A stretch of DNA of 32,000 bases, taken from NCBI RefSeq assembly GCF_003001905.1, contig NZ_PVNE01000006.1, positions 81,407 through 113,406 of the forward strand. Reading direction: 5' to 3'. The notes beneath the pieces are model-generated. The model was not told the DNA's origin, did not search any database, and saw only the letters and a list, made by a program, of their open reading frames with translations. Below are positions 1 to 9,738 of this stretch, piece by piece (within the stretch, counting starts at the first letter, position 1; the number at the start of each line of letters is the position of its first letter). The stretch comes from Planifilum fimeticola (GTDB lineage Bacteria > Bacillota > Bacilli > Thermoactinomycetales > DSM-44946). The position numbers and the translations under genes were made by a program.

Positions 1-256
1 CTTTTGATTCCCGGCGGCGGACCGCCGATTCCGCGCGAAAACCGTAAGCCCTTCGCTTTTCGCTGTACGGATCCGATCCGTACAGCTGATACAGCAGCTT
101 TCGGATCCGCCGGGATTGATCGGCGGATTCGCTGGCCAACTGAAGGATCAGTTTTCTTTCTTCCAGCGTGCATTCCTCGGACAGGCATCGGGTGAGGGCG
201 AGCATCGCGGCGTTGACCCGCTGCAGGCAGTGGATCAGGTGTTCAGGAGAAGCCAT
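1..256 (-). CDS. hypothetical protein, 3' end cut by the window edge (first 85 aa visible)
   Basis: Absent from the supplied ORF track because it runs off the edge. Reverse-strand ATG at 256-254 is preceded by GGGGGGGA plus a 6-nt spacer. The frame stays open to position 1. Translation MASPEHLIHCLQRVNAAMLALTRCLSEECTLEERKLILQLASESADQSRRIRKLLYQLYG... looks helical. No family recognised. Confidence 0.4.
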   Translation of the reverse strand, partial: MASPEHLIHCLQRVNAAMLALTRCLSEECTLEERKLILQLASESADQSRRIRKLLYQLYGSDPYSEKRRAYGFRAESAVRRRESK

Positions 257-623
257 AAGTGATCCCCCCCAATGGTGGTCCGCCGGTTCAATCGGAAGGC
301 AGGGGGCCGGCGACCGGATGTTTCCGTCGTCGGTGAGCGGTTCCGACGAAAAATGGGAACGTTTGTTCGATAACCATTTTATCGAATTGCCGGAGCTTTG
401 TCCATCCGATTTTTATGTCGATTATTGGGGATCGTAAAGCCCGATTTCCGGATCGGGGGCCCGACTGGATCTGCCTGCGCCCCGGGGTTTCGAGCCCGCC
501 CGTCCGCCGCCTGTCCGCAGGCTTGTTCCCCCCTCCATCCGGGGCATATCATTGGCGTGGAAAATATGGTATACTTTTTATACCATACCACCGGCCAATC
601 GGCCTGCGCCGAGTGGGGGGAAG

Positions 624-2348
624 ATGAAAAAGTCAGCAAAGAAACAGGCTCGTTCCAATAAGGTGGTCCGTCTTCGGATGGACGCCGGCTTCTTCTTTGA
701 GCGTGCGGTCCGCTCCCTGGACCGCCACAATTACGACAAGGCCTTGAAATATTTTCGGATTGCCGCGGAGAAAGAGCCGGACAATCCGATCAACCTGTGC
801 AATCTGGCGGGGATCCTGTCCGAGATGGGCCGGTTCGAGGAATCGAACGAGGTGCTGGAAAGCGTATTGAACGAAGTGGATCCCCAGCTGTACGAATGCT
901 ATTTTTACATGGCGAACAATGCGGCCAACATGGAGGATTTCGATCTGGCCGAGGAATACCTGCTCCGCTACCTGGAGGAAGATCCGGAAGGGGAGTTTGC
1001 GGAGGAAGCCAACGAGATGCTGCAGATGCTGGCCTATGAATTGGGCCGGGCGCCGCGGCAGCCGGATTACGGGGGCAAATACGCCTGGATGAAAAAACAC
1101 GATGAAGCCCGCTGCCATTTGGAAGAGGGGCGCTTTCTTCAGGCGACCCGCGCCCTGGAGGAACTGGTGGAGGAGTACCCCGATTTTCTGGCCGCCCGCA
1201 ACAATTTGTCCCTGGCTTATTACTACACGGGGCAGCTGAACCGGGCGATCCAGGAAATCCAGAAGGTGCTGGAGGCGGATCCCAACAATCTGCACGCCCT
1301 GTGCAACCAGGCGGTGTTGTACCAGCACATGGGGGAATCCGCCAAGAAGGAGCGCCTCGTGGCCGCCCTGAAGAAATGGGTTCCCATGCATCTGGAGCAC
1401 ATGTACAAGCTGGGAACGACAATGGGCATTCTGGGCGAGCACGAAACGGCCTACCAGATGTTCCGCCGGCTCCTCAAAATGGAATCCCAGCCGGAACCCA
1501 GCCTGTACCACTATGCGGCGGCGGCGGCCTTCAACACGGGTCGGCATGCCGAAGCCGAAAAGTATTGGAAGCGGGCGATGGAAGCGGACCCGGAGTCCGA
1601 GGTGCCGCGCTTCTATCTGAACCAGTGCAGGGAGTGGCTGTCCCGGGGGAACTCTCGGGTGCCCACCATCAGCTACCATTATCAACTTCCCTTTGAGCTG
1701 CAGTTTCGTCAGTTGGCCCCCCAGGGTCAGGCCTCCGCGGAGCAAATCAAGCGAAATCCGTTGATCCGCTCCTCCTTTTTCTGGGCGCTGAATCACGGGG
1801 ACCGGGAGACGAAGCTCCAGGTCATCAAACTGTTCGCCTGGATCGCCGACGAAGAAGTGGAGCAGGTGCTGCGCCAGTTCGTGATGAAGCCGGAGGAAGA
1901 GGATGAGCTGAAGAAGATGGCCCTGCTCGTGCTGAGCCATATGGGGGCCGAGGAGCCCTACCGCGCCTGGATCGGCGGGCGGGAGGTGGAAATCTGCTCC
2001 CCGTCGGGAGACCCGACGCTCTCCGCCTGGATGGAGCAGTGGAAGCGGGTGTTGGAGTGCTGCCTGGACGGGATGCGCGGCCGGTACGACGCCGTCCAGA
2101 TCAAGGATGCCCAGACCTTGTGGGCCCAGTATCTCGCCCACTGCAAAGCCGATCCCCCGACGGTCCGCAAGGTGGAGGGATGGGCCGCCGCCCTGGAGTA
2201 CGTGGTGGCCAAAATGCACGGGCTTGGCTTCACCCAGGCGGATGCGGCCCGGAAGTATCGGGTGGCCGCCGCCACCGTGGGCCGACATGCCCGGGAATTG
2301 GAACGGGTATGCGATCTTTTCCCCAAGGAAACGGAGCTTCGTGAATAA
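624..2348 (+). CDS. TPR repeat protein (YvcD-like position upstream of trxB) with an HTH-like C-terminal segment
   Basis: ORF 552..2348. The internal ATG at 624 is preceded by GAGTGGGGGGAAG. Repeated TPR-like helices are visible (YDKALKYFRIAAEKEPDNP, RAIQEIQKVLEADPNN, AEKYWKRAMEADPES). It sits immediately upstream of trxB, as in Bacillus. Confidence 0.8.
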   Translation: MKKSAKKQARSNKVVRLRMDAGFFFERAVRSLDRHNYDKALKYFRIAAEKEPDNPINLCNLAGILSEMGRFEESNEVLESVLNEVDPQLYECYFYMANNAANMEDFDLAEEYLLRYLEEDPEGEFAEEANEMLQMLAYELGRAPRQPDYGGKYAWMKKHDEARCHLEEGRFLQATRALEELVEEYPDFLAARNNLSLAYYYTGQLNRAIQEIQKVLEADPNNLHALCNQAVLYQHMGESAKKERLVAALKKWVPMHLEHMYKLGTTMGILGEHETAYQMFRRLLKMESQPEPSLYHYAAAAAFNTGRHAEAEKYWKRAMEADPESEVPRFYLNQCREWLSRGNSRVPTISYHYQLPFELQFRQLAPQGQASAEQIKRNPLIRSSFFWALNHGDRETKLQVIKLFAWIADEEVEQVLRQFVMKPEEEDELKKMALLVLSHMGAEEPYRAWIGGREVEICSPSGDPTLSAWMEQWKRVLECCLDGMRGRYDAVQIKDAQTLWAQYLAHCKADPPTVRKVEGWAAALEYVVAKMHGLGFTQADAARKYRVAAATVGRHARELERVCDLFPKETELRE

Positions 2349-2451
2349 CAGAGAGAAACGGAACGCGGTCATCCGTCGCCGGTTGGTGTGTCGTCTGCAA
2401 ACGGGCGGCTCTCTTTTTGCCCGTCGAAGATTTGCCATAGGTCCCGTTTAA

Positions 2452-3648
<1,197 letters not shown>

Positions 3649-3666
3649 TGGTTGCATTGTCGGGAA

Positions 3667-3696
3667 AGCGCCGACCCTCTGGTCGGTGCTTTTTTG
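3667..3696 (+). terminator. rho-independent terminator after trxB
   Basis: Stem AGCGCCGACC / GGTCGGTGCT with loop CTCT, followed by TTTTT. Confidence 0.75.
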
Positions 3697-3770
3697 CGCG
3701 GAAAAGCGCCTGATCAATCATCTTTGCCTGGGGGAGCACGGGAGTCCAGCGACCGGAAAGGGAAGACAGA

Positions 3771-4322
3771 TTGAAACGAATTCGGAATTTGGTTGACTGC
3801 GCCAAGTCTTTCCCCCGCCGCTCCCTATCCGTTTCACGCCTGATCGTCGGGCTCAAAGGCGGAGGATCCGACGGATTTTTTTTGGAATTACCGCCCACTC
3901 TCTGGTCGGACATGACGGGACGACCATTGACGGAGGTTCCGGAAATGTTCGGGGCTAAACGGTGCTGAGGGCAGGGCCGCGGATGGGGGCGTCTTTGAAC
4001 AGCCTGTACGGTTGATCGACGAATTGAAGAATCCATTCTTCGTCATAACCAGCCTGTTTACGAAAATTTTTTTACCGCTTTGACTCCCGCGGGCGGGGGA
4101 ACTTCGTTCGTCGGACCGGTGCCAACGGTAAAAATCGCCACCAATACGACGTTGCATCATCGATTTTGACGCGGGACAACTCACCGAAGGGAAAACGATG
4201 GAGACGCTGGCGGACGATTTGTTCCGGTATGTGATGGAGGTGTCCTCCGGCCGGGGGCGAACAAAGAACGAACAGTGGGGGTATCGGGAGATCGCCGTCT
4301 TTAAAGATAGTGGCAAGTTATG
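3771..4322 (+). pseudogene. decayed UxaA/GarD-family (altronate/galactarate-type) dehydratase relic with frameshifts and internal deletions
   Basis: Three frames carry consecutive UxaA C-terminal-domain motifs. These are LIVGLKGGGSDGF (GLKCGGSD motif) and LTEVPEMFGA in ORF 3771..3968. Then comes RAADGGVFEQPVRLIDELK in another frame. Then GGGTSFVGPVPTVKIATNT ends in a stop. Finally IDFDAGQLTEGKTMETLADDLFRYVMEVSSGRGRTKNEQWGYREIAVFKDSGKL runs to the stop at 4322. The span from the GLKCGGSD motif to the stop is far shorter than I recall for an intact gene. Confidence 0.7.
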
Positions 4323-4498
4323 ATTCGCTGATCTGTCGGAAAAGGCGGTCAAATCGGGTCGAGGGGGAGTCTGCCGGGCCTTTTTCAATTTTATCCGGCG
4401 GATGGGTGGTGTGGGATTTTGTGATAATACAAGCTTCGACAAAAAAGCTTAAATTGTTCCTTCCCGGTAGAGGTGGTATGATAAACAGGGGTGAAAGT

Positions 4499-4981
4499 AT
4501 GCAACGGGTGGTCAACTGCATTCTGCGCGACAAGGATCGCGTCTTGCTCTTAAAAAAACCGCGCCGCGGCTGGTGGGTGGCCCCCGGTGGGAAGATGGAG
4601 CCGGCCGAGTCGATCATGGACACGCTCCTCCGCGAGTATGAGGAGGAAACCGGACTCCGGCTGGAAAATGCCCGCCTGTGCGGCGTGTTCACCATGTGTG
4701 TGGAGGACCGGGGCGGGTTGGCCAAGGAATGGATGATGTTCACTTTTTTCGCCGACCGCTACAGGGGAGTGCCCCTCAAAGAATCGGAAGAGGGAATTCT
4801 GGCATGGCATCCGGTGACGTCGCTGTCCCGACTGCCCGCCGCCTCCGGCGACCGGATCTTCCTGGAGCGGATCGCCCTGCGGCAGGAATTCCTGGTGGGA
4901 CGGTTTGTATACTCGCCGGAGGAGGAATTGTTGCGATACACCTTGAACGGCCTTCCAGGGACAAAAGAGGTCCAACCTTGA
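4499..4981 (+). CDS. Nudix hydrolase (YvcI-like)
   Basis: ORF 4310..4981. ATG at 4499 has the SD AGGGGTGA 5 nt upstream. Nudix box GGKMEPAESIMDTLLREYEEETGL (GX5EX7REUXEEXGU). It occupies the position between trxB and rapZ, as yvcI does in B. subtilis. Confidence 0.85.
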   Translation: MQRVVNCILRDKDRVLLLKKPRRGWWVAPGGKMEPAESIMDTLLREYEEETGLRLENARLCGVFTMCVEDRGGLAKEWMMFTFFADRYRGVPLKESEEGILAWHPVTSLSRLPAASGDRIFLERIALRQEFLVGRFVYSPEEELLRYTLNGLPGTKEVQP

Positions 4982-5042
4982 CCGAAAATGTCCCATAAAG
5001 TATAAAGAGGAAAAAGCCTTTCAATGCGGGGGATCGAGGGGA

Positions 5043-5999
5043 ATGGAGAAACGATATATCGGTGTGGATCTCGGCGGAACCAATATCAAGGTGGGCGTGG
5101 TGGATCCATCGGGGAACCTGTTGTACAAGACGGAGCGGCCCACCCGGGCCGAGGAGGGAACGGACGCGGTGATCGGACGGATCACGTCCTGCGCACGGGA
5201 AGCGGCGGAGGCGTCGGGCGCCTCTTGGGATCAGGTTGCCGGCATCGGGGTGGGCCTGCCCGGCTTTCTGGACATTCCCCGGGGGATTGTGAAACGGTTG
5301 ACCAATTTGCCCTGGGAAAATGTTCCGATCCGGGACCTGTTGGAGAAAGAATGGGAGCGGCCGGTGATGATCGACAACGACGCCAACGTCGCCGCCCTCG
5401 GCGAGGCCTGGAGCGGAGCAGGGGCGGGGGTTTCGGATCTGGTCTGCATCACGCTGGGAACAGGAGTGGGAGGCGGAGTGATCGCCGGCGGCCGTCTGGT
5501 TCACGGCGTCGGCGGCGCGGCCGGGGAGATCGGCCACATCCGGATGGAGGAAGGCGGTGCCCTCTGCGGATGCGGCCAGCGGGGCTGCCTGGAGACCATC
5601 GCTTCCGCCACCGGTATCGTCCGCATGGCGAAGGAAATGGCGGCCTCGGGCCGGAAGACCACCTTGGCCGAAGCGGTGCAAGCGGGCACCCTCTCGTCCC
5701 GTGACGTGTTCCGGGCGATGGAGGCGGGGGATTCCGTCGCACTGGAAGTGGTTGAACGTGCGACCGATGCCCTGGCAAGGGCGATGGCCACCCTTTCCGT
5801 CATCCTGAATCCGGCCCGATTCATCATCGGTGGAGGAGTGGCCCGGGCCGGAGATTCCCTGTTCCGGCCCCTTCGGGAGGCGTACAAGAAGCACGCGCTG
5901 CCGTCCGCGGCGGAGGGAGTGTCCATCGTTCCCGCCCAATTGGGAAACGACGCGGGGGTGATCGGAGCGGCCGGCCTCATTGCTCGCAGGGGGCATTGA
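5043..5999 (+). CDS. glcK: ROK-family glucokinase
   Basis: MEKRYIGVDLGGTNIKVGVVD ATPase N-terminus. ROK signature and zinc motif CGCGQRGCLE. 318 aa. Confidence 0.9.
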   Translation: MEKRYIGVDLGGTNIKVGVVDPSGNLLYKTERPTRAEEGTDAVIGRITSCAREAAEASGASWDQVAGIGVGLPGFLDIPRGIVKRLTNLPWENVPIRDLLEKEWERPVMIDNDANVAALGEAWSGAGAGVSDLVCITLGTGVGGGVIAGGRLVHGVGGAAGEIGHIRMEEGGALCGCGQRGCLETIASATGIVRMAKEMAASGRKTTLAEAVQAGTLSSRDVFRAMEAGDSVALEVVERATDALARAMATLSVILNPARFIIGGGVARAGDSLFRPLREAYKKHALPSAAEGVSIVPAQLGNDAGVIGAAGLIARRGH

Positions 6000-6020
6000 A
6001 ACATATAATAAAGAAAGCGG

Positions 6021-6917
6021 ATGAAAAAAGGGGGTGGTGGAGTGGACGCGGGAAAAGGCATCAACCTGGTGGTGATCACGGGCATGTCGGGCGCGGGCAA
6101 GACCGTGGCCGTGCAAAGCCTGGAGGACCTCGGGTTTTTTTGCATCGACAACCTGCCGCCCATTCTGCTGCCCAAGTTTGCGGAGCTTTTGGAGCAATCG
6201 AAGGGAAAGCTGCGGAAAGCCGCGTTGGTGATCGATCTGCGGGGTCGGGAATTTTTTTCTTCCCTGTTTGAGTCTCTGGACACCCTGGAGAAGCACCACG
6301 GGATTCATTACCAGATTCTTTTCCTGGAAGCCAGCGATCAGACCCTGGTGCGGCGGTACAAGGAGACCCGACGCCGCCACCCCCTGTCCCGGGACGGAAC
6401 GCCCTTGGACGGGATTCTGCAGGAACGGAGATTGCTCGAGGAGATCAAAGGGCGAGCCCATCACATCATCGACACCAGTCACCTGAAACCGAACCAACTG
6501 AAGGAAAAGATCGCCGCCCGATTCGGCCAGTCGGAACGGGAGCGAATGACGGTCACCTTTCTTTCCTTTGGATTCAAGTACGGGGTTCCCATCGACGTGG
6601 ATCTGGTCTTTGACGTCCGCTTTCTGCCCAACCCCCACTATGTGAAATCCCTTCGGCCGCACACCGGAAAGGATTCGGACGTGTACGAATATGTGATGAA
6701 ATGGGAGGAGACCAGGCAGTTCATCGACAAGTTGAAGGATCTTCTGTCTTTTCTCCTTCCCCATTATCATCGGGAAGGGAAGACTCAGCTGGTAGTGGGG
6801 ATCGGATGTACGGGGGGGAAACACCGTTCGGTGGCCATCGCGGAGCATCTTTCCCGGATATTCAACGAAAGGGAAAGCTGTCGGGTCGCGCATCGGGATA
6901 TCGAAAAGGATGCGTAA
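6021..6917 (+). CDS. rapZ: RNase adapter / nucleotide-binding protein RapZ (YvcJ)
   Basis: Walker A motif GMSGAGKT near the N-terminus, plus conserved [22 protein letters not shown] and [10 protein letters not shown] motifs. The start may instead be the GTG at 6042, which has a better SD (AAGGGGGTG). Confidence 0.93.
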   Translation: MKKGGGGVDAGKGINLVVITGMSGAGKTVAVQSLEDLGFFCIDNLPPILLPKFAELLEQSKGKLRKAALVIDLRGREFFSSLFESLDTLEKHHGIHYQILFLEASDQTLVRRYKETRRRHPLSRDGTPLDGILQERRLLEEIKGRAHHIIDTSHLKPNQLKEKIAARFGQSERERMTVTFLSFGFKYGVPIDVDLVFDVRFLPNPHYVKSLRPHTGKDSDVYEYVMKWEETRQFIDKLKDLLSFLLPHYHREGKTQLVVGIGCTGGKHRSVAIAEHLSRIFNERESCRVAHRDIEKDA

Positions 6918-6931
6918 ATGAGGTGTCAAGG

Positions 6932-7933
6932 ATGAAAGATTACCCCAGGGGGGAATCCCGCCGTCCCCACATCGTGGCGATCGGCGGGGGGACGGGGCTG
7001 CCGGTTTTGCTGCGCGGATTGAAGAAGGCCCACGTCGATATTACCGCCGTCGTGACGGTGGCGGACGATGGAGGGAGTTCCGGACGCCTCCGCGACGATA
7101 TGCAAATGCCTCCTCCCGGTGATGTGCGCAATGTGCTCATCGCCCTGGCCGACACGGAACCCCTGTTGGAACAGGTCCTGCAACACCGGTTCACCAACGG
7201 GGACGGGCTGGCGGGCCATGCGCTGGGCAACCTGATGTTGGCCGCGTTGAAGGAGATTACCGGCGATTTCACCCAGGCCATCGAGGAGATGAGCCGCGTG
7301 CTGGCCGTCCGGGGGCAGGTTCTGCCAGCCAGTTCGCAGGACGTGGTCCTCTTGGCTGAAATGACCGACGGCACCATCATCCGTGGCGAGTCGCAAATCC
7401 CCAAATCGGGGAAGAAAATCCGTCGCGTCTTTCTTCACCCGCCTCAACCCGCTCCCCACGATGATGCCCTCGATGCCATTGCCAGGGCGGATGCCATCGT
7501 CATCGGTCCGGGAAGCCTCTACACCAGCATTTTGCCCAATCTGCTGGTGCGGGGGATGGCCGAGGCGATACGGGCATCTTCCGCCGACAAGTTCTACATC
7601 TGCAACGTGATGACCCAGCCGGGGGAAACCGACGGTTTTACCGCCTCGGATCACGTCCAGGCGATCTACGATCACGTCGGGGACCGCTTTTTTGACACGG
7701 TGATTGTCAACAATGCGGTGCCGCCGCCGTCGATCCGGCGAAAGTACGCGGCGAAAGGGGCGGAAACCGTTCTGCCGGATATCGATCGCCTCAAGGAATT
7801 GGGATGTCACGTCATTGCCGACAACCTTCTGCTGTACGGTTCCGATTCCTACCTGCGCCATGATGCGGACCGCCTTTGCCGCCATATTCTCAATCGGGTG
7901 CGGGAGCGGAAGCGCCGCCGCTGCAGCGGATAG
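6932..7933 (+). CDS. yvcK: YvcK/GlmR-family gluconeogenesis factor (CofD-like)
   Basis: ORF 6701..7933. ATG at 6932 has SD GAGGTG 6 nt upstream. [19 protein letters not shown]-terminus, plus [14 protein letters not shown] and [15 protein letters not shown] motifs typical of the family. Confidence 0.93.
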   Translation: MKDYPRGESRRPHIVAIGGGTGLPVLLRGLKKAHVDITAVVTVADDGGSSGRLRDDMQMPPPGDVRNVLIALADTEPLLEQVLQHRFTNGDGLAGHALGNLMLAALKEITGDFTQAIEEMSRVLAVRGQVLPASSQDVVLLAEMTDGTIIRGESQIPKSGKKIRRVFLHPPQPAPHDDALDAIARADAIVIGPGSLYTSILPNLLVRGMAEAIRASSADKFYICNVMTQPGETDGFTASDHVQAIYDHVGDRFFDTVIVNNAVPPPSIRRKYAAKGAETVLPDIDRLKELGCHVIADNLLLYGSDSYLRHDADRLCRHILNRVRERKRRRCSG

Positions 7934-7949
7934 AGAAGAGGTGCCCCCC

Positions 7950-8900
7950 ATGTCTTCTTTTGCCGCCCAAACGAAGAACGAGCTGGCCCGGGTTGAATCC
8001 CCGCCTTGCTGCCAAAGGGCGGAGCTTTCCGCCCTGGTGCGGATCAACGGGACGATTTCGCTCCATCGCCGCTCCATCGCGCTGGATGTATCCACGGAAA
8101 ACGCCGCCATCGCCCGACACATCTTCTCTTTGATCAAGGGATTGTACGGAGTTCATCCTGAAGTTCTCGTCCGAAAAAAGGTCCGCCTGAAAAAGAACAA
8201 TGTGTACTTCAACCGCCTCACCTCGGAGGCGAAGCGGGTGCTTCTCGACCTGAAGATCCTGCAGAACGGGGAGGGACTGACGCAGACCGAGGGCATCGAC
8301 CCCGAACTGATCGCCTCCCCCTGCTGCCGCCGCTCCTATCTTCGCGGGGCGTTCATGGCCAGCGGATCCGTGAACAATCCGGACAGCGGCTCCTACCATC
8401 TGGAGATCGTCACCACTTACCAGGACCACGCCGAGGCCATCTGTCGGCTGATGAACCGGTTTCACCTTCACGCCAAGGTGATTGAACGGAAAAAGGGATA
8501 TGTGGTCTATGTCAAGGAAGGGGACAAGATCGGGGAATTTCTGAGCCTCATCGGGGCGCATCAATCCCTCCTCCAATTTGAGGATGTCCGGATCATGAAG
8601 GACATGCGCAACTCGGTCAACCGGCTCGTCAACTGCGAAACGGCGAACCTGAACAAGACGATCCAGGCGGCGATGCGCCAGATCGAAAATATCCGGTTAA
8701 TTGAACGGGAGCTGGGACTGGAACAGCTGCCCGCCCGGTTGCGGGAAATCGCCGAGGCGCGGCTGAAGTATCCCGATATCACCCTGACGGAATTGGGGCA
8801 GATGCTGCCCGGCGGAAAAGTGAGCAAATCGGCGGTCAATCACCGCCTGCGGAAGCTGGACGAAATCGCCAAGCAACTGCGTCGTCATACGGAGGGTTAA
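7950..8900 (+). CDS. whiA: DNA-binding protein WhiA
   Basis: ORF 7704..8900. ATG at 7950 gives [35 protein letters not shown], the canonical WhiA N-terminus. LAGLIDADG-like core and C-terminal HTH ([12 protein letters not shown]). Confidence 0.95.
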   Translation: MSSFAAQTKNELARVESPPCCQRAELSALVRINGTISLHRRSIALDVSTENAAIARHIFSLIKGLYGVHPEVLVRKKVRLKKNNVYFNRLTSEAKRVLLDLKILQNGEGLTQTEGIDPELIASPCCRRSYLRGAFMASGSVNNPDSGSYHLEIVTTYQDHAEAICRLMNRFHLHAKVIERKKGYVVYVKEGDKIGEFLSLIGAHQSLLQFEDVRIMKDMRNSVNRLVNCETANLNKTIQAAMRQIENIRLIERELGLEQLPARLREIAEARLKYPDITLTELGQMLPGGKVSKSAVNHRLRKLDEIAKQLRRHTEG

Positions 8901-8902
8901 TC

Positions 8903-8925
8903 ACCCGGCTATTCCAACCGGGTTT
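8903..8925 (+). terminator. weak stem-loop after whiA (possible attenuator or partial terminator)
   Basis: ACCCGG / CCGGGT arms with a 9-nt loop, then TTT. A TATAAT hexamer lies at 8928-8933 just downstream, ahead of the HPr-like gene. Confidence 0.3.
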
Positions 8926-8965
8926 CATATAATATTTTGTGAGCATCCAAGAGGAGGAAAATAAA

Positions 8966-9226
8966 ATGGTGGAAAAACGCGTTGTCGTCAAATTGCAAAC
9001 CGGTCTTCACGCCCGCCCGGCCGCCCTGTTCGTCCAGGAGGCGAACAAGTACGCTTCCGAAATTTTCGTCCAAAAGGATGACAAGAAAGTCAATGCCAAG
9101 AGCATCATGGGGATTATGAGCCTCGCCGTGGCGAAGGGGACGGAGATCGTCATCTCCGCCGATGGTCCTGATGCCGAAAAAGCGGTTGAAGCCCTCGCGG
9201 AAATGGTCAACAAAGAAGAGGTTTAA
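8966..9226 (+). CDS. HPr-family phosphocarrier protein at the crh locus, retaining both His15 and Ser46
   Basis: ATG at 8966 with SD GAGGAGG (8951-8957). Sequence MVEKRVVVKLQTGLHARPAALFV...KVNAKSIMGIMSLAV. GLHARPA places His at residue 15 and KSIMG places Ser at residue 46. Confidence 0.93.
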   Translation: MVEKRVVVKLQTGLHARPAALFVQEANKYASEIFVQKDDKKVNAKSIMGIMSLAVAKGTEIVISADGPDAEKAVEALAEMVNKEEV

Positions 9227-9246
9227 AGAGCTGGGGGAGAGCCGGA

Positions 9247-9609
9247 GTGGCGAGAAATGCCATCAACTCCTTTTCGGAGATCATGGACTGGATCGAGGAA
9301 CTGGTTTCGATGGAGACCCTCAAGAAGGCGATCCGACATGACATATCGGCCTTGTCCGAAGTGAACCTGCTCATGCGCGAACCCATTCACCTGATGTACC
9401 TGCGCGCTTTGGACAAGGTGAACCAACAGCTGCAGGAAGTCCGGAGCAAGTTGAGTTCCACGGGTGTGAAAATCATCAAGATCGACCAGAAGGAAGACAG
9501 TTGCGAAGTGGTTGTCCGCATCAGCAACAACGATTTTCATTACCCCTTTCTCAACGAACACATCCGGGCCAAGTGCTCGGAGAAATTTCGCCTTTATTGC
9601 CGGATGTAG
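9247..9609 (+). CDS. hypothetical protein (orphan, 120 aa)
   Basis: GTG start at 9247 after GGGGGAGAG. Third codon positions are strongly G/C-biased in this frame although overall GC is below that of the neighbours. The translation is amphipathic-helical, followed by a beta-rich C-terminus. No family recognised. Confidence 0.6.
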   Translation: MARNAINSFSEIMDWIEELVSMETLKKAIRHDISALSEVNLLMREPIHLMYLRALDKVNQQLQEVRSKLSSTGVKIIKIDQKEDSCEVVVRISNNDFHYPFLNEHIRAKCSEKFRLYCRM

Positions 9610-9654
9610 TAGCCCGCGGACAGAGAAGAATATATCGGCGTTTTTCCCGGGATT

Positions 9655-9683
9655 GTGCGCCCTTCGGCGCCAATCTTTTTTTC
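9655..9683 (+). terminator. weak terminator after the orphan ORF
   Basis: GCGCC-CTTC-GGCGC hairpin, followed 5 nt later by TTTTTTT. Confidence 0.35.
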
Positions 9684-9738
9684 TTAAGTTTTTGTGGCTT
9701 TTTTCCCCGGAAGGTTGATCTTTCTTTTCGCAGGGAGC

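Noticed and set aside
633-2438. 601-aa reverse-strand ORF covering the whole TPR gene
   Set aside because: This is a shadow ORF typical of high-GC DNA. The translation is Arg/Gly/Pro/His-rich and low-complexity. It has no SD, while the opposite strand encodes a recognisable TPR protein.
4776-6929. 717-aa reverse-strand ORF spanning glcK and rapZ
   Set aside because: It crosses two well-supported + strand genes and their intergenic gap. The sequence is compositionally biased with no recognisable motifs. This is an antisense shadow frame.
9466-9481. TGTGA-N6-TCAAG inside the orphan ORF, considered as an Fnr-type site
   Set aside because: It is intragenic, has an imperfect right half and has no associated -10 element.
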